Positions 10,547-20,236 of a stretch of 64,000 nt of DNA are shown here, one piece after another (position 1 is the first letter of the stretch; each line of letters begins with the position of its first letter). The notes below the pieces were generated by a model. That model ran no database searches, had not been told where the DNA came from, and was given only the letters and a program-made list of their open reading frames with translations. The DNA is taken from the NCBI RefSeq assembly GCF_029267015.1, contig NZ_JARIEA010000070.1:269-64268 (forward strand), in the 5' to 3' direction. The translations under genes and the position numbers were made by a program. The DNA comes from Sporosarcina ureae (GTDB lineage Bacteria; Bacillota; Bacilli; Bacillales_A; Planococcaceae).

Positions 10547-12901
10547 GTGAACGCATTGATACAATCCAAAAAAAGATGGAAAATTGATCGGCCTGACGAA
10601 GAACTCGTCAATCAGCTCGCGAAAGACTTAAAACTATCTACGATGCTGACCAAAATACTTGTCTCACGCGGCATCACGACAAGCGAACAAGCAAACGCGT
10701 ACTTGTACATGGATGAAACCAACTTGCACGACCCATTTTTATTCCATGACATGCAAAAAGCTGTTGACAGTATCAAGCAAGCCATCGACACACAACAGCA
10801 AATTACAATATATGGAGATTACGACGCGGACGGCGTAACAAGCGTAACCGTGCTAACGACAGCACTTGAGCGTCTTGGTGCTAAAGTGAACTTCGCCATT
10901 CCGAACCGATTTGAACATGGTTATGGACCGAATAGCGACTACTTTGAACAACTACATATAGATGGAACCGAAGTCATCATTACCGTTGATAACGGAATTT
11001 CAGGCGTCGAGCAAATCGCATTCGCGAAATCGCTCGGCATGACGATCATCGTAACGGATCACCACGAAATGGGCGAAGTATTGCCTGATGCGGATGCAGT
11101 CATTCATCCTCGTCATCCAGAAGGCAATTATCCCTTCGGAGAACTCGCGGGGGTAGGGGTGGCATTCAAACTCGCTTCTGCGCTACTTGGAGAGCCACCT
11201 CTCGACTTGTTAGAATTTGTCGCAATCGGCACCATAGCAGATTTGGTTCCGCTAGAAGATGAGAACCGTTATATGGTGAAGGAAGGGATTCGCAGATTGC
11301 GTCGCACGCAGCGTCCGGGAATTAAAGCGTTGATGCAAGTGAGCGGACATGACCAGAATGCATTATCGGAAGAAACGATTGGCTTTACGATAGGTCCACG
11401 CTTAAATGCACCCGGACGACTCGGTGATGCGGACGTCGCTGTGGATTTATTGAAGTCTGACAATGATCAACAAGCGCTCGGAATTGCGGAGTCGTTGAAT
11501 GATTTGAATAAAGAAAGGCAACAATTGGTGAAAGAGATCGCAAAAGAGGCGGAAGAACAAGTGGAAATTCGCTATGGCGATCAAATTCCTCACGTCTTAG
11601 TCGTCGAAGGTGAAGGTTGGAATCCGGGGGTTGTCGGCATCGTGTCGTCGAGGTTGACGGAGAAACACTACCGTCCTTCCATCATTTTGTCGCTTGACCA
11701 TGAGACAGGGATTGCAAAAGGTTCTGCCCGCAGTATCGAAGGTTTTGATTTGTATAAGGAATTGTCTAAGAATGCATCGATTCTGCCACATTTCGGTGGG
11801 CATGCGATGGCGGCTGGGATGTCACTGAAAATAGAAGATGTTGAATTATTGCGTTCGAATTTGAATGAACAGGCACGGGACGTGTTGACGGAAGAAGATC
11901 TTCAACCGATTTTATCGATTGATGTACCGCTGTCGATGAATGAAATTGATATTGCATCGATCGAAGCGCTTGAGAAAATCCGACCATTTGGTATGGGGTT
12001 CCCGAAGCCTGTTTTCTTGCTTGAACAACTGGACACGATATCTGTCCGCAAAATCGGTACGGCGAAAGATCATCTAAAACTTGAAATGGGCGATCACGGA
12101 GAACGACTGGACGCGATTTATTTCGGAGCGGGTGCATTGGCAGATGAAATGGCACCACAGAGTAAATTGAGTTTGACGGGTGACTTGCAGATCAATGAAT
12201 GGAACGGCAACAAGAAAGCGCAGTTACTTGTCGGAGACGTGAAATGTGACGAGTGGCAGTTGTTTGATTATCGTGGGATTCGTGAGCCGGCTAGATGGTT
12301 GCCGATGATTCCAGATAAAGCGCAATTCATTTCGTTCAGTGAAGAAGCTATTTTGCATTTCGCGCCGTTCTTTAAAGACGTTCCCATTGCTTTGATCGGA
12401 CGCGATGAACTGTATCCATCTTCCGCGATCGTTTTGCTCGATATGCCACAGGCGAAAGAACAGTTGAAGCTAGTGATGGAAAAGACGCTTGCTGACCGTG
12501 TCTATCTACATCTACATGTGCATGATTCGATGTACTTCGAAAAGATGCCCGACCGTCAACAATTTGGTTGGTATTACAGCTTTTTGAAAAAGCGGGAGAC
12601 ATTTGATATATACAATCAAATCGAAATGCTTTCAAAACATAAAGGTTGGAAAAAAGACGTAATTAAGTTCATGACAAAAGTGTTTTATGAACTAGAATTT
12701 GTTACACTAGAGAATGGTAAGGTGACGATGCTAGAATCTGCCGGTAAACGTGATTTGGCAGAAGCACCATCCTATAAAAAACGCCAACAGCAGATTAAAC
12801 TAGAAGAGCTATTGCTTTATGCTCCGTATCAGGACTTAAAGAAAGTATTCGATTCTTTACGTGAGACAGACGCTGTTGAGGAGGAAAAACTGTGGACTTA
12901 A
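10547..12901 (+). CDS. recJ: Single-stranded DNA exonuclease RecJ
   Basis: [29 protein letters not shown] motifs. Confidence 0.97.
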   Translation: MNALIQSKKRWKIDRPDEELVNQLAKDLKLSTMLTKILVSRGITTSEQANAYLYMDETNLHDPFLFHDMQKAVDSIKQAIDTQQQITIYGDYDADGVTSVTVLTTALERLGAKVNFAIPNRFEHGYGPNSDYFEQLHIDGTEVIITVDNGISGVEQIAFAKSLGMTIIVTDHHEMGEVLPDADAVIHPRHPEGNYPFGELAGVGVAFKLASALLGEPPLDLLEFVAIGTIADLVPLEDENRYMVKEGIRRLRRTQRPGIKALMQVSGHDQNALSEETIGFTIGPRLNAPGRLGDADVAVDLLKSDNDQQALGIAESLNDLNKERQQLVKEIAKEAEEQVEIRYGDQIPHVLVVEGEGWNPGVVGIVSSRLTEKHYRPSIILSLDHETGIAKGSARSIEGFDLYKELSKNASILPHFGGHAMAAGMSLKIEDVELLRSNLNEQARDVLTEEDLQPILSIDVPLSMNEIDIASIEALEKIRPFGMGFPKPVFLLEQLDTISVRKIGTAKDHLKLEMGDHGERLDAIYFGAGALADEMAPQSKLSLTGDLQINEWNGNKKAQLLVGDVKCDEWQLFDYRGIREPARWLPMIPDKAQFISFSEEAILHFAPFFKDVPIALIGRDELYPSSAIVLLDMPQAKEQLKLVMEKTLADRVYLHLHVHDSMYFEKMPDRQQFGWYYSFLKKRETFDIYNQIEMLSKHKGWKKDVIKFMTKVFYELEFVTLENGKVTMLESAGKRDLAEAPSYKKRQQQIKLEELLLYAPYQDLKKVFDSLRETDAVEEEKLWT

Positions 12902-13404
12902 AAAAGTTTGTAACGACTGTAGACGATTATCCGAAACCGGGTGTTAGCTTTAAAGACATCACGACGATCATGGATAACGGAGAAGCATATAAATATGCGA
13001 CAGACCAAATTGTCGAGTATGCGAAAGGATTGGACGTAGATATCATCGTGGGGCCGGAAGCACGCGGTTTCATCATCGGATGTCCTGTTGCCTATGCCCT
13101 TCAAATCGGTTTTGCGCCGGTTCGTAAGCCGGGTAAATTACCTCGCGAAACGATTTCAGTCTTCTATGATCTGGAATATGGACAAGATGAACTAACGATC
13201 CACAAAGATGCGATCAAGCCTGGACAGCGTGTACTCGTTGTCGATGATTTGCTTGCAACTGGCGGTACAGTGGGTGCAACAGTCGAATTAATCGAGAAAC
13301 TTGGCGGCGTAGTGGCTGGCTGTGCATTCTTGATCGAACTGACGTACTTGGAAGGTCGCAAAAAGTTGACGAATGAAAACATCAAGGCGCTTATTACGTA
13401 TTAA
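12892..13404 (+). CDS. apt: Adenine phosphoribosyltransferase
   Basis: [29 protein letters not shown]; overlaps the recJ stop. Confidence 0.98.
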   Translation: MDLKKFVTTVDDYPKPGVSFKDITTIMDNGEAYKYATDQIVEYAKGLDVDIIVGPEARGFIIGCPVAYALQIGFAPVRKPGKLPRETISVFYDLEYGQDELTIHKDAIKPGQRVLVVDDLLATGGTVGATVELIEKLGGVVAGCAFLIELTYLEGRKKLTNENIKALITY

Positions 13405-13412
13405 TTCCTAAC

Positions 13413-13444
13413 GAATCCTTCGCTTAACGCGGAGGATTCTTATT
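13413..13444 (+). terminator. Probable terminator after apt
   Basis: GAATCCT...AGGATTC stem followed by TTATT. Confidence 0.6.
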
Positions 13445-13549
13445 ATATAGGCCCTGAGTTTGATTCGCTTTAACGATAAATGATATTATACATATACTAC
13501 TAAAAAAATTATCTAAATATTTACGGAATAGGTTGAAAGGGGTAACATA

Positions 13550-15748
13550 ATGGCGAAAAATCAAGACCTGACAGAACAAGACGTATACGACTTGGTCGCC
13601 AAATACATGAATGAAGAGCACGTCGAATTCATTAAGCGCGCGTATGTCATGGCAGAAAAGTCTCACGAAGGACAGTTTAGAACTTCAGGTGAGCCGTATA
13701 TCAACCATCCGATTCAAGTGGCAGGCATTTTGGCTGAACTTCAAATGGATCCAGAAACTGTTGCGGCAGGCTTTTTGCATGACGTGGTAGAGGATACGGA
13801 GATTAGCCGTGAAGATATCATCCGCGAATTTGGTGATGAAGTCGCGATGCTCGTGGATGGCGTAACGAAGCTCGATAAACTAAAATTCAGATCCAATGAA
13901 GAAAAACAAGCGGAAAATCACCGCAAAATGTTTATTGCGATGGCACAGGATATCCGTGTCATTCTAATTAAATTAGCAGACCGTTTGCATAATATGCGGA
14001 CATTGAAGCATGTTCCTGCTGCTAAACAACGTCGTGTCTCCGAAGAAACACTAGAAATTTTCTCACCACTTGCTCATCGTCTTGGGATTTCCACCATTAA
14101 GTGGGAGCTTGAAGATATTGCATTACGCTATTCCAATCCGCAACAGTATTATCGCATCGTGAATTTGATGAAGCAAAAGCGGACAGAACGTGAACAGTAT
14201 TTGACAGACGTCATGAACCAGATGCGTGTCGAACTGGACGAAATGGGTATTGCGGCAGAAATGCATGGCAGACCGAAACATTTGTATTCCATTTATCAAA
14301 AGATGGTCATTCAGAAAAAAGAATTCAATGAAATTTATGATCTATTAGCAGTTCGTATTGTGGTGAAAAGTATCAAGGATTGCTACGCAGCGCTCGGGAT
14401 TATCCATACGCTATGGAAGCCGATGCCTGGACGATTCAAAGACTATATCGCGATGCCAAAACAAAATTTGTACCAGTCCATTCATACGACGGTCGTGGGC
14501 CCTGCTGGAGATCCTCTCGAAGTGCAAATTCGTACAGAAGAGATGCACAGAATTTCTGAATTTGGTGTAGCGGCACATTGGGCGTATAAAGAAGGCAAAC
14601 CAGTGGCAAAACTAGATAGTGATATTGATTCGAAATTTACATGGTTCCGTGAGATTCTTGAAATTCAAAATGAATCATCCAATGCGCAGGAGTTTATGGA
14701 GTCATTGAAGTTCGATTTATTCTCGGACATGGTCTATGTATTTACACCTGACGGGGATGTTGTCGAATTGCCGCAAGGATCGGTGCCAATCGACTTTGCT
14801 TATCGTGTGCACTCCGAAGTCGGTAACCGGACGACGGGTGCGAAAGTCAATGGTAAAATTGTTCCTCTGGATTCGGCGTTATCGACAGGCGACATTGTGG
14901 AAATTTTGACATCGAAACAATCATTTGGTCCAAGTCGTGACTGGCTGAAACTGGCGCACACATCACAAGCGAAAAATAAAATTCGTCAGTACTTCAAAAA
15001 ACAATTACGCGACGAGAACATCGACAAAGGCAGCGAAATGATTCAGAAGGAATTGAAAGCTGAAGAGTATGACGTCAAAGAAGCGTTGAGTAAAGAAAAT
15101 ATGCAGCGCACGATTGATAAATTCAGTTTCACTTCTGAAGAAGATCTCTACGCAGCAGTCGGATCGGGCGGCATTACCGCACAACAAGTAGTCAATCGAC
15201 TAGCTGAGCGAATGCGTAAGGAACGCGTGAAGCAAGAAACAATTGACAAAATCGTCTCGGATATTCATACGCCGAAGCCTGAGAAACAAACAGAATCAGG
15301 CGTAATCGTCAAGGACATTGACAATATGTTGATCCGCATTTCGAAGTGCTGTAATCCTGTACCAGGCGATGAAATTGTGGGCTTCATTACACGTGGACGC
15401 GGAGTTTCTGTCCACCGTACCGATTGTCCGAACGTTTTATCCGAGCAAGGTCAGCAAGAGCGAATTATTGACGTAGACTGGGCGTTGCAGGATGAGAAGG
15501 TTAAAAAAGAATTCCAAGTTGATATTGAAATTTCAGCGTTTGATCGACAAGGCTTGCTGAATGAAGTGATGATGGTCGTGGCGGATATGAATACGCCGAT
15601 TATCGCGGTTAGTGGCAAAGCAGATAAAGATGATATCGCACATATCCATATGTCGATCAAAATTCAGAACATCACACATCTACAGCGTACTGTCGAGAAA
15701 ATCAAACATATTAAAGATGTGTATTCCGTAGAACGAGTGATGAACTAA
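13550..15748 (+). CDS. relA: Bifunctional (p)ppGpp synthetase/hydrolase Rel
   Basis: HD hydrolase FLHDVVEDT, synthetase RFKDYIA/YQSIHTT/EVQIRT, TGS, CCNPVPGD and ACT domains. Confidence 0.98.
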   Translation: MAKNQDLTEQDVYDLVAKYMNEEHVEFIKRAYVMAEKSHEGQFRTSGEPYINHPIQVAGILAELQMDPETVAAGFLHDVVEDTEISREDIIREFGDEVAMLVDGVTKLDKLKFRSNEEKQAENHRKMFIAMAQDIRVILIKLADRLHNMRTLKHVPAAKQRRVSEETLEIFSPLAHRLGISTIKWELEDIALRYSNPQQYYRIVNLMKQKRTEREQYLTDVMNQMRVELDEMGIAAEMHGRPKHLYSIYQKMVIQKKEFNEIYDLLAVRIVVKSIKDCYAALGIIHTLWKPMPGRFKDYIAMPKQNLYQSIHTTVVGPAGDPLEVQIRTEEMHRISEFGVAAHWAYKEGKPVAKLDSDIDSKFTWFREILEIQNESSNAQEFMESLKFDLFSDMVYVFTPDGDVVELPQGSVPIDFAYRVHSEVGNRTTGAKVNGKIVPLDSALSTGDIVEILTSKQSFGPSRDWLKLAHTSQAKNKIRQYFKKQLRDENIDKGSEMIQKELKAEEYDVKEALSKENMQRTIDKFSFTSEEDLYAAVGSGGITAQQVVNRLAERMRKERVKQETIDKIVSDIHTPKPEKQTESGVIVKDIDNMLIRISKCCNPVPGDEIVGFITRGRGVSVHRTDCPNVLSEQGQQERIIDVDWALQDEKVKKEFQVDIEISAFDRQGLLNEVMMVVADMNTPIIAVSGKADKDDIAHIHMSIKIQNITHLQRTVEKIKHIKDVYSVERVMN

Positions 15749-15763
15749 ACAGGAGGTGTGAAC

Positions 15764-16204
15764 ATGCGAGTCTTATTACAGCGTGCGAAAGATGCTTCTG
15801 TAACAGTTGGCGGAGAAATTACGGGTGCCATTTCAACAGGTTATGTATTGCTTGTTGGTATCACGCATGACGATACCGAACAAGACGCCAACTATATTGC
15901 AAACAAAATTGCGGGCTTGCGCATCTACGAAGACGACGAAGGGAAATTGAATCATTCGATCAATGAAGTCAATGGCGCGATCTTATCGGTTTCCCAGTTT
16001 ACGTTGTATGGCAACGTACAAAAAGGCCGTCGTCCAAGCTTTATTGACGCCGCGAAAACTGACGTAGCAGAACCGTTATGGGAATACTTCAATGAACAGT
16101 TGCGTGGTCACGGACTCCACGTCGAAACAGGACAGTTCGGTGCCATGATGGACGTGCAGTTGACGAATGATGGTCCGGTGACGTTGATGATTGAGTCGAA
16201 GTGA
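15764..16204 (+). CDS. dtd: D-aminoacyl-tRNA deacylase
   Basis: MRVLLQR, SQFTL, GRRPSF, NDGPVT. Confidence 0.97.
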   Translation: MRVLLQRAKDASVTVGGEITGAISTGYVLLVGITHDDTEQDANYIANKIAGLRIYEDDEGKLNHSINEVNGAILSVSQFTLYGNVQKGRRPSFIDAAKTDVAEPLWEYFNEQLRGHGLHVETGQFGAMMDVQLTNDGPVTLMIESK

Positions 16205-16223
16205 TGAAGTAGTGCGTGCTTGG

Positions 16224-16370
16224 GAAGTCTATGAGCGGTTGCGTGGCGTGATAGAGCGCTTAGCTGAAGCCTATGAGCGAATAACAGGCGTGATAGAGCG
16301 GTCACGACGTTTCATAGAGCACTCACGGGTTCGAATAGAGCGGATGAACAGTATGTATGAGCATTTGCTA
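16224..16370. repeat. Degenerate tandem satellite, 7 units of 21 bp
   Basis: Core (A/T)(T/A)(A/T)GAGC, i.e. TATGAGC or ATAGAGC, recurs every 21 bp; units 1/3 and 2/4 nearly identical (42-bp higher-order period). Confidence 0.85.
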
Positions 16371-16403
16371 ATTCTACTCATCCTATATAATTCGTCAAAC
16401 GAG

Positions 16404-16432
16404 TTGACAGTAGCAGCGGTTGCGACTAACAT
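16404..16432 (+). promoter_or_regulatory. sigA promoter of the hisS T-box leader
   Basis: TTGACA-N17-TAACAT. Confidence 0.75.
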
Positions 16433-16454
16433 AGATAGTAATCGAATTAATTCA

Positions 16455-16693
16455 TACACCGATGATGTGGAAAATACCTTTACTACAGGCTGGAAAGAGA
16501 ACGGGAACTTGGCTGAAATTCCCTGACAGTACCGTAAAGCGAACAACACCACGGAGGATTCATGCTGAAAGTAGTAGGCATGGACGGAACCGGCCGTTAT
16601 CCGGATTCGAGTGGGCACATTTGTGTCAATTTGGGTGGAACCGCGGAAGCTACAAGCTCTCGTCCCTGTTTTATTAGGGATGGGAGCTTTTTT
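16455..16693 (+). ncRNA. T-box riboswitch upstream of hisS
   Basis: Stem I with AGAGA and GCTGAA motifs; T-box AATTTGGGTGGAACCGCGG (16628-16646); terminator AAGCTCTCGTCCC...GGGATGGGAGCTT-TTTT. Confidence 0.93.
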
Positions 16694-16744
16694 GTGTTTT
16701 CTGGAAGTTCACCCGTTATCAGATGATCGAAAGGAGTTTTACTT

Positions 16745-18007
16745 ATGAATTTCAAAGTTCCCCGCGGTACACAGGATATTCTTCCTGACGTTTCTTGGAA
16801 GTGGCAGCGCGTTGAAAAAATCGCTCGATCAATTTGCGATGTTTACAACTACAAAGAAATCCGCACACCGATTTTTGAGCAAACCGAATTATTCCAGCGT
16901 ACAGTTGGAGATACGACAGACATTGTGCAAAAAGAGATGTACACGTTCACGGACAGAGGCGATCGTTCGATGACATTGCGCCCTGAAGGCACAGCACCTG
17001 TCGTTCGTTCATTCGTCGAACACAAAATGTTTGGATACGCAGATCAGCCGGTGAAGTTATATTACACAGGTCCGATGTTCCGCTATGAGCGCCAACAAGC
17101 GGGCCGTTATCGCCAATTCGTCCAGTTCGGCGTAGAGTCAATCGGCAGCGCGGACCCAGCAATCGATGCAGAAGTGATTGAATTGGCAATGAACATCTAC
17201 AAAAAAACCGGTCTATCGGACATCAAACTTGTGTTGAATTCACTTGGTGACAAGGAATCACGCGACGCGCACCGTGAAGCACTGATCGCACACTTCAGTC
17301 CGCGCATTGAAGAATTTTGTTCAGACTGCCAAAACCGTTTGGAGAAAAACCCATTGCGCATACTCGACTGTAAAGTGGACAGAGAACACCCATTGATGAC
17401 AACAGCTCCGTCACTCGCTGATTATCTCAATGAAGAATCAAGTGCATATTTCGAGAAAGTGAAAAACTACTTGAACATCGCAGGCATCGAGTACGAATAC
17501 GACCCGAATCTCGTACGTGGACTTGACTACTACAACCACACAGCATTCGAAATCATGAGCACGTCCAAAGGCTTCGGCGCAATCACGACTCTTTGTGGTG
17601 GCGGACGCTATAATGGACTCGCTGAAGAAATCGGCGGCCCACCCGCACCTGGGATCGGCTTCGCCCTTAGCATAGAGCGACTTTTGCTGGCGCTTGAAGC
17701 AGAAGGAAAGTCCTTCACGGACGAACCGTCACTCGACGTCTACCTCGTCACACTCGGCGACGCAGCACGCGAAAAAGGCTTCGAGATCCTCAGTAAACTA
17801 CGCGACAATGGCTTGCGTAGCGAGATGGACTACATGGACCGCAAGATGAAGGCCCAGATGAAGTCCGCTGACCGCTTGCAAGCGAACCACGTCATCGTCA
17901 TAGGCGAGGACGAAGTGAACGAAAATGTCGTCCAGCTAAAGAACATGGCAGACGGAGAACAAAAGAAGGTTGCGGTTGACGAATTGATGGGGGAATTGAA
18001 GAAGTAA
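16745..18007 (+). CDS. hisS: Histidine--tRNA ligase
   Basis: [42 protein letters not shown]. Confidence 0.98.
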   Translation: MNFKVPRGTQDILPDVSWKWQRVEKIARSICDVYNYKEIRTPIFEQTELFQRTVGDTTDIVQKEMYTFTDRGDRSMTLRPEGTAPVVRSFVEHKMFGYADQPVKLYYTGPMFRYERQQAGRYRQFVQFGVESIGSADPAIDAEVIELAMNIYKKTGLSDIKLVLNSLGDKESRDAHREALIAHFSPRIEEFCSDCQNRLEKNPLRILDCKVDREHPLMTTAPSLADYLNEESSAYFEKVKNYLNIAGIEYEYDPNLVRGLDYYNHTAFEIMSTSKGFGAITTLCGGGRYNGLAEEIGGPPAPGIGFALSIERLLLALEAEGKSFTDEPSLDVYLVTLGDAAREKGFEILSKLRDNGLRSEMDYMDRKMKAQMKSADRLQANHVIVIGEDEVNENVVQLKNMADGEQKKVAVDELMGELKK

Positions 18008-18023
18008 ACATTGGATGGTGTAT

Positions 18024-18159
18024 GGGATTTGCGCTTCAGAGGGGACGCTTTCCCGAGGGCCCGCGGTGAGCCAACCAGGTCGCTGCGCTTCCTTTGGTTG
18101 TCTCACCTGTCGGGCTGATCCTCCGGGAGTCGCCCCTCTTACGCTCCAATCCTACTTAG
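18024..18159 (-). repeat. Structured intergenic repeat, copy 2 (inverted)
   Basis: Reverse complement reads GGGCGACTCCCGGAGGATCAGCCCGACAGGTGAGACAACC...GGCTCACCGCGGGCCCTCGGGAAAGCGTCC, close to copy 1. Confidence 0.9.
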
Positions 18160-18281
18160 CGACATTATTTACTCATAGACGTCACTAAAGTCAGTAAGGG
18201 AATTATTTTCTGTTCTTGTGCTTTGTTTTAAGTGCAAGTACAAAAACAAATTTTAGTAGAGGCATAAAGTATTCCAAAGTT

Positions 18282-18415
18282 CTAAGTAGGGATTGGAGTG
18301 CAGAGCGGCGACTCCCGATGGATCAGCGTGCGCCTTGAGACCCTGGACTGAACGTAGTGAGGGAAGCGGCTCAAGCCACGTCCATGGGAAAGCGTCCGCC
18401 TAGAGCGTAAATCCC
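18282..18415 (+). repeat. Structured intergenic repeat, copy 3 (divergent subfamily)
   Basis: CTAAGTAGGGATTGGAG...GGCGACTCCCGATGGATCAGC...CCATGGGAAAGCGTCCGCC...AAATCCC; same frame as copies 1 and 2 with a different internal stem. Confidence 0.85.
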
Positions 18416-18522
18416 CTCACGTACCCCAATTCAGCCTATCCTTTTCCCATCCACTCACTATGAACAAAACACGTCATACTATACCTATCCGTACAATATA
18501 ATGGAAAAAAGGAAATAAAATT

Positions 18523-18551
18523 TTGAAATATTACGATTCTATTTGTATACT
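18523..18551 (+). promoter_or_regulatory. sigA promoter of the acyl-CoA ligase gene
   Basis: TTGAAA-N17-TATACT. Confidence 0.6.
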
Positions 18552-18574
18552 TGTACTATTAAGTAAAAGGGGGA

Positions 18575-20155
18575 ATGAAAATGAACCGTGAAGAACTACT
18601 TGCGCCAGACCGTTATAACATCGTTTCGGAATTCGAAAAATATGCAACGGGTGACGGTAGAAAAGCATTAATTTATGTAGACGCGCAAAATCAACAACAA
18701 GAAGTAACATACGATGAACTCATCAAAGCAGCCAACCGAACAGCGAATGCGCTGACATCGACTGGGCTACAAAAAGGTGATGTAGTATTGGTGATGGTGC
18801 CTCGCATGATTGAAGCATACGTTACATATATCGGTGCACTTAAAGCAGGACTTGTTGTGATCCCTAGTTCAGAAATGTTGCGTTCCTCCGATATTGAATA
18901 TCGAATCGAACATAGTAATGCAAAAGCAATTATTGCATTCGACGCATTCACCGATCAATTAGAACATGTAAATAACTTAGACAAAGTGACAGTCTATATT
19001 ATTGGTGAAGCAAAAGAAGGGGAAGTATCTTTAGCAGAAAAAGAAAAAAATGCCTCTTCTGAATTTACTGCATGCGATACCGCTAGTGACGATATGGCGT
19101 TTTTATCGTATACGTCTGGGACAACAGGCAAGCCAAAAGGCGTAGTACATACTCATGGATGGGGATATGCACACTTAAGAACGACTGCACCGAACTGGTT
19201 GGGCATTGAAGAACGTGACATAGTTTGGGCTACTGCAGCACCTGGTTGGCAGAAATGGATATGGACACCGTTCTTATCAGTTCTAGGAAGTGGAGCGACG
19301 GGGTTTGTCTACAATGGTAAGTTTGACGTAGATAAATATTTGCATTTCTTAGATGAATACAAAGTAAATGTTTTATGCTGTACGCCGACCGAATATCGAT
19401 TTATCGCAAAAGCGAAGAATCTAGATGAGTTTTCATTGGCTTCCCTAAAAAGCGCTGTTTCAGCTGGCGAACCATTAAATCGAGAAGTGATCGATATTTT
19501 TGAAAGACAGTTTTCACTAAATGTGCGTGACGGATACGGTCAAACAGAAAATACGCTTCTGGTCGGTACAATGATCGGAATGGAACCGCGTCCTGGATCT
19601 ATGGGCAAACCGACGCCAGGCAATATCGTCGATGTCATCAATGATGAAGGCAAACCAGCGGGCGCGAATGAAGTTGGAGACATTGCAGTTCATAAGAGCA
19701 CTCCAGCGCTATTCCAAGAGTATTTGAATGACCCTGAACGTACGAAGATGCAATTTAGAGGAGATTATTATATTACAGGTGACCGCGCGAAAAAGGATGA
19801 AGACGGTTATTTCTGGTTTGAAGGACGTGGCGATGATATTATCGTAAGTTCGGGTTATACAATCGGGCCTTTTGAAGTGGAAGATGCGCTAATTAAACAT
19901 CCAGCTGTTCGTGAATGTGCAGTTGTTGCAAGTCCGGATCCAGAACGTGGAAATGTCGTAAAAGCATTTGTTGTTCTACGAGATGATTCAATTGGTTCAA
20001 CCGAAGAGCTTGTGAAAGAATTGCAAAATCACGTGAAAGAGTTGACGGCACCTTACAAGTATCCACGTAAAATTGAGTTTATGGAAGAGTTGCCAAAAAC
20101 GTCTTCGGGAAAAATTATGCGTATTGAATTGCGTAAAAAAGAACAAAATCAATAA
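18575..20155 (+). CDS. Short/medium-chain acyl-CoA ligase (YtcI/MbcS-like)
   Basis: AMP-binding motif YTSGTTGKPKG, YGQTE, GPFEVE, PKTSSGKI. Confidence 0.9.
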   Translation: MKMNREELLAPDRYNIVSEFEKYATGDGRKALIYVDAQNQQQEVTYDELIKAANRTANALTSTGLQKGDVVLVMVPRMIEAYVTYIGALKAGLVVIPSSEMLRSSDIEYRIEHSNAKAIIAFDAFTDQLEHVNNLDKVTVYIIGEAKEGEVSLAEKEKNASSEFTACDTASDDMAFLSYTSGTTGKPKGVVHTHGWGYAHLRTTAPNWLGIEERDIVWATAAPGWQKWIWTPFLSVLGSGATGFVYNGKFDVDKYLHFLDEYKVNVLCCTPTEYRFIAKAKNLDEFSLASLKSAVSAGEPLNREVIDIFERQFSLNVRDGYGQTENTLLVGTMIGMEPRPGSMGKPTPGNIVDVINDEGKPAGANEVGDIAVHKSTPALFQEYLNDPERTKMQFRGDYYITGDRAKKDEDGYFWFEGRGDDIIVSSGYTIGPFEVEDALIKHPAVRECAVVASPDPERGNVVKAFVVLRDDSIGSTEELVKELQNHVKELTAPYKYPRKIEFMEELPKTSSGKIMRIELRKKEQNQ

Positions 20156-20180
20156 TACTGATCCACTACTAGTACCGAAG

Positions 20181-20227
20181 AAGGACTGCCGAAAGTCGTT
20201 TTAATTCGACGATTGACCAGTCCTTTT
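20181..20227. terminator. Bidirectional terminator-like hairpin between convergent genes
   Basis: AAGGACTG...CAGTCCTT outer stem, GTCG/CGAC inner stem. Confidence 0.65.
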
Positions 20228-20236
20228 GGTTTTGAT

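Noticed and set aside
16224-16370. CRISPR array
   Set aside because: Units are contiguous 21-mers with a degenerate core, with no constant repeat plus unique ~30-bp spacers and no cas genes.
16191-16526. 111-aa ORF as a confident CDS
   Set aside because: Overlaps the dtd stop, hisS promoter and T-box stem I and lacks an RBS. Kept only as a hypothesis under the satellite finding.
18008-18575. 6S RNA or aspS remnant after hisS
   Set aside because: No AspRS-like coding remnant and no 6S-like rod with a central bubble visible; the region is explained by two repeat copies and a promoter.
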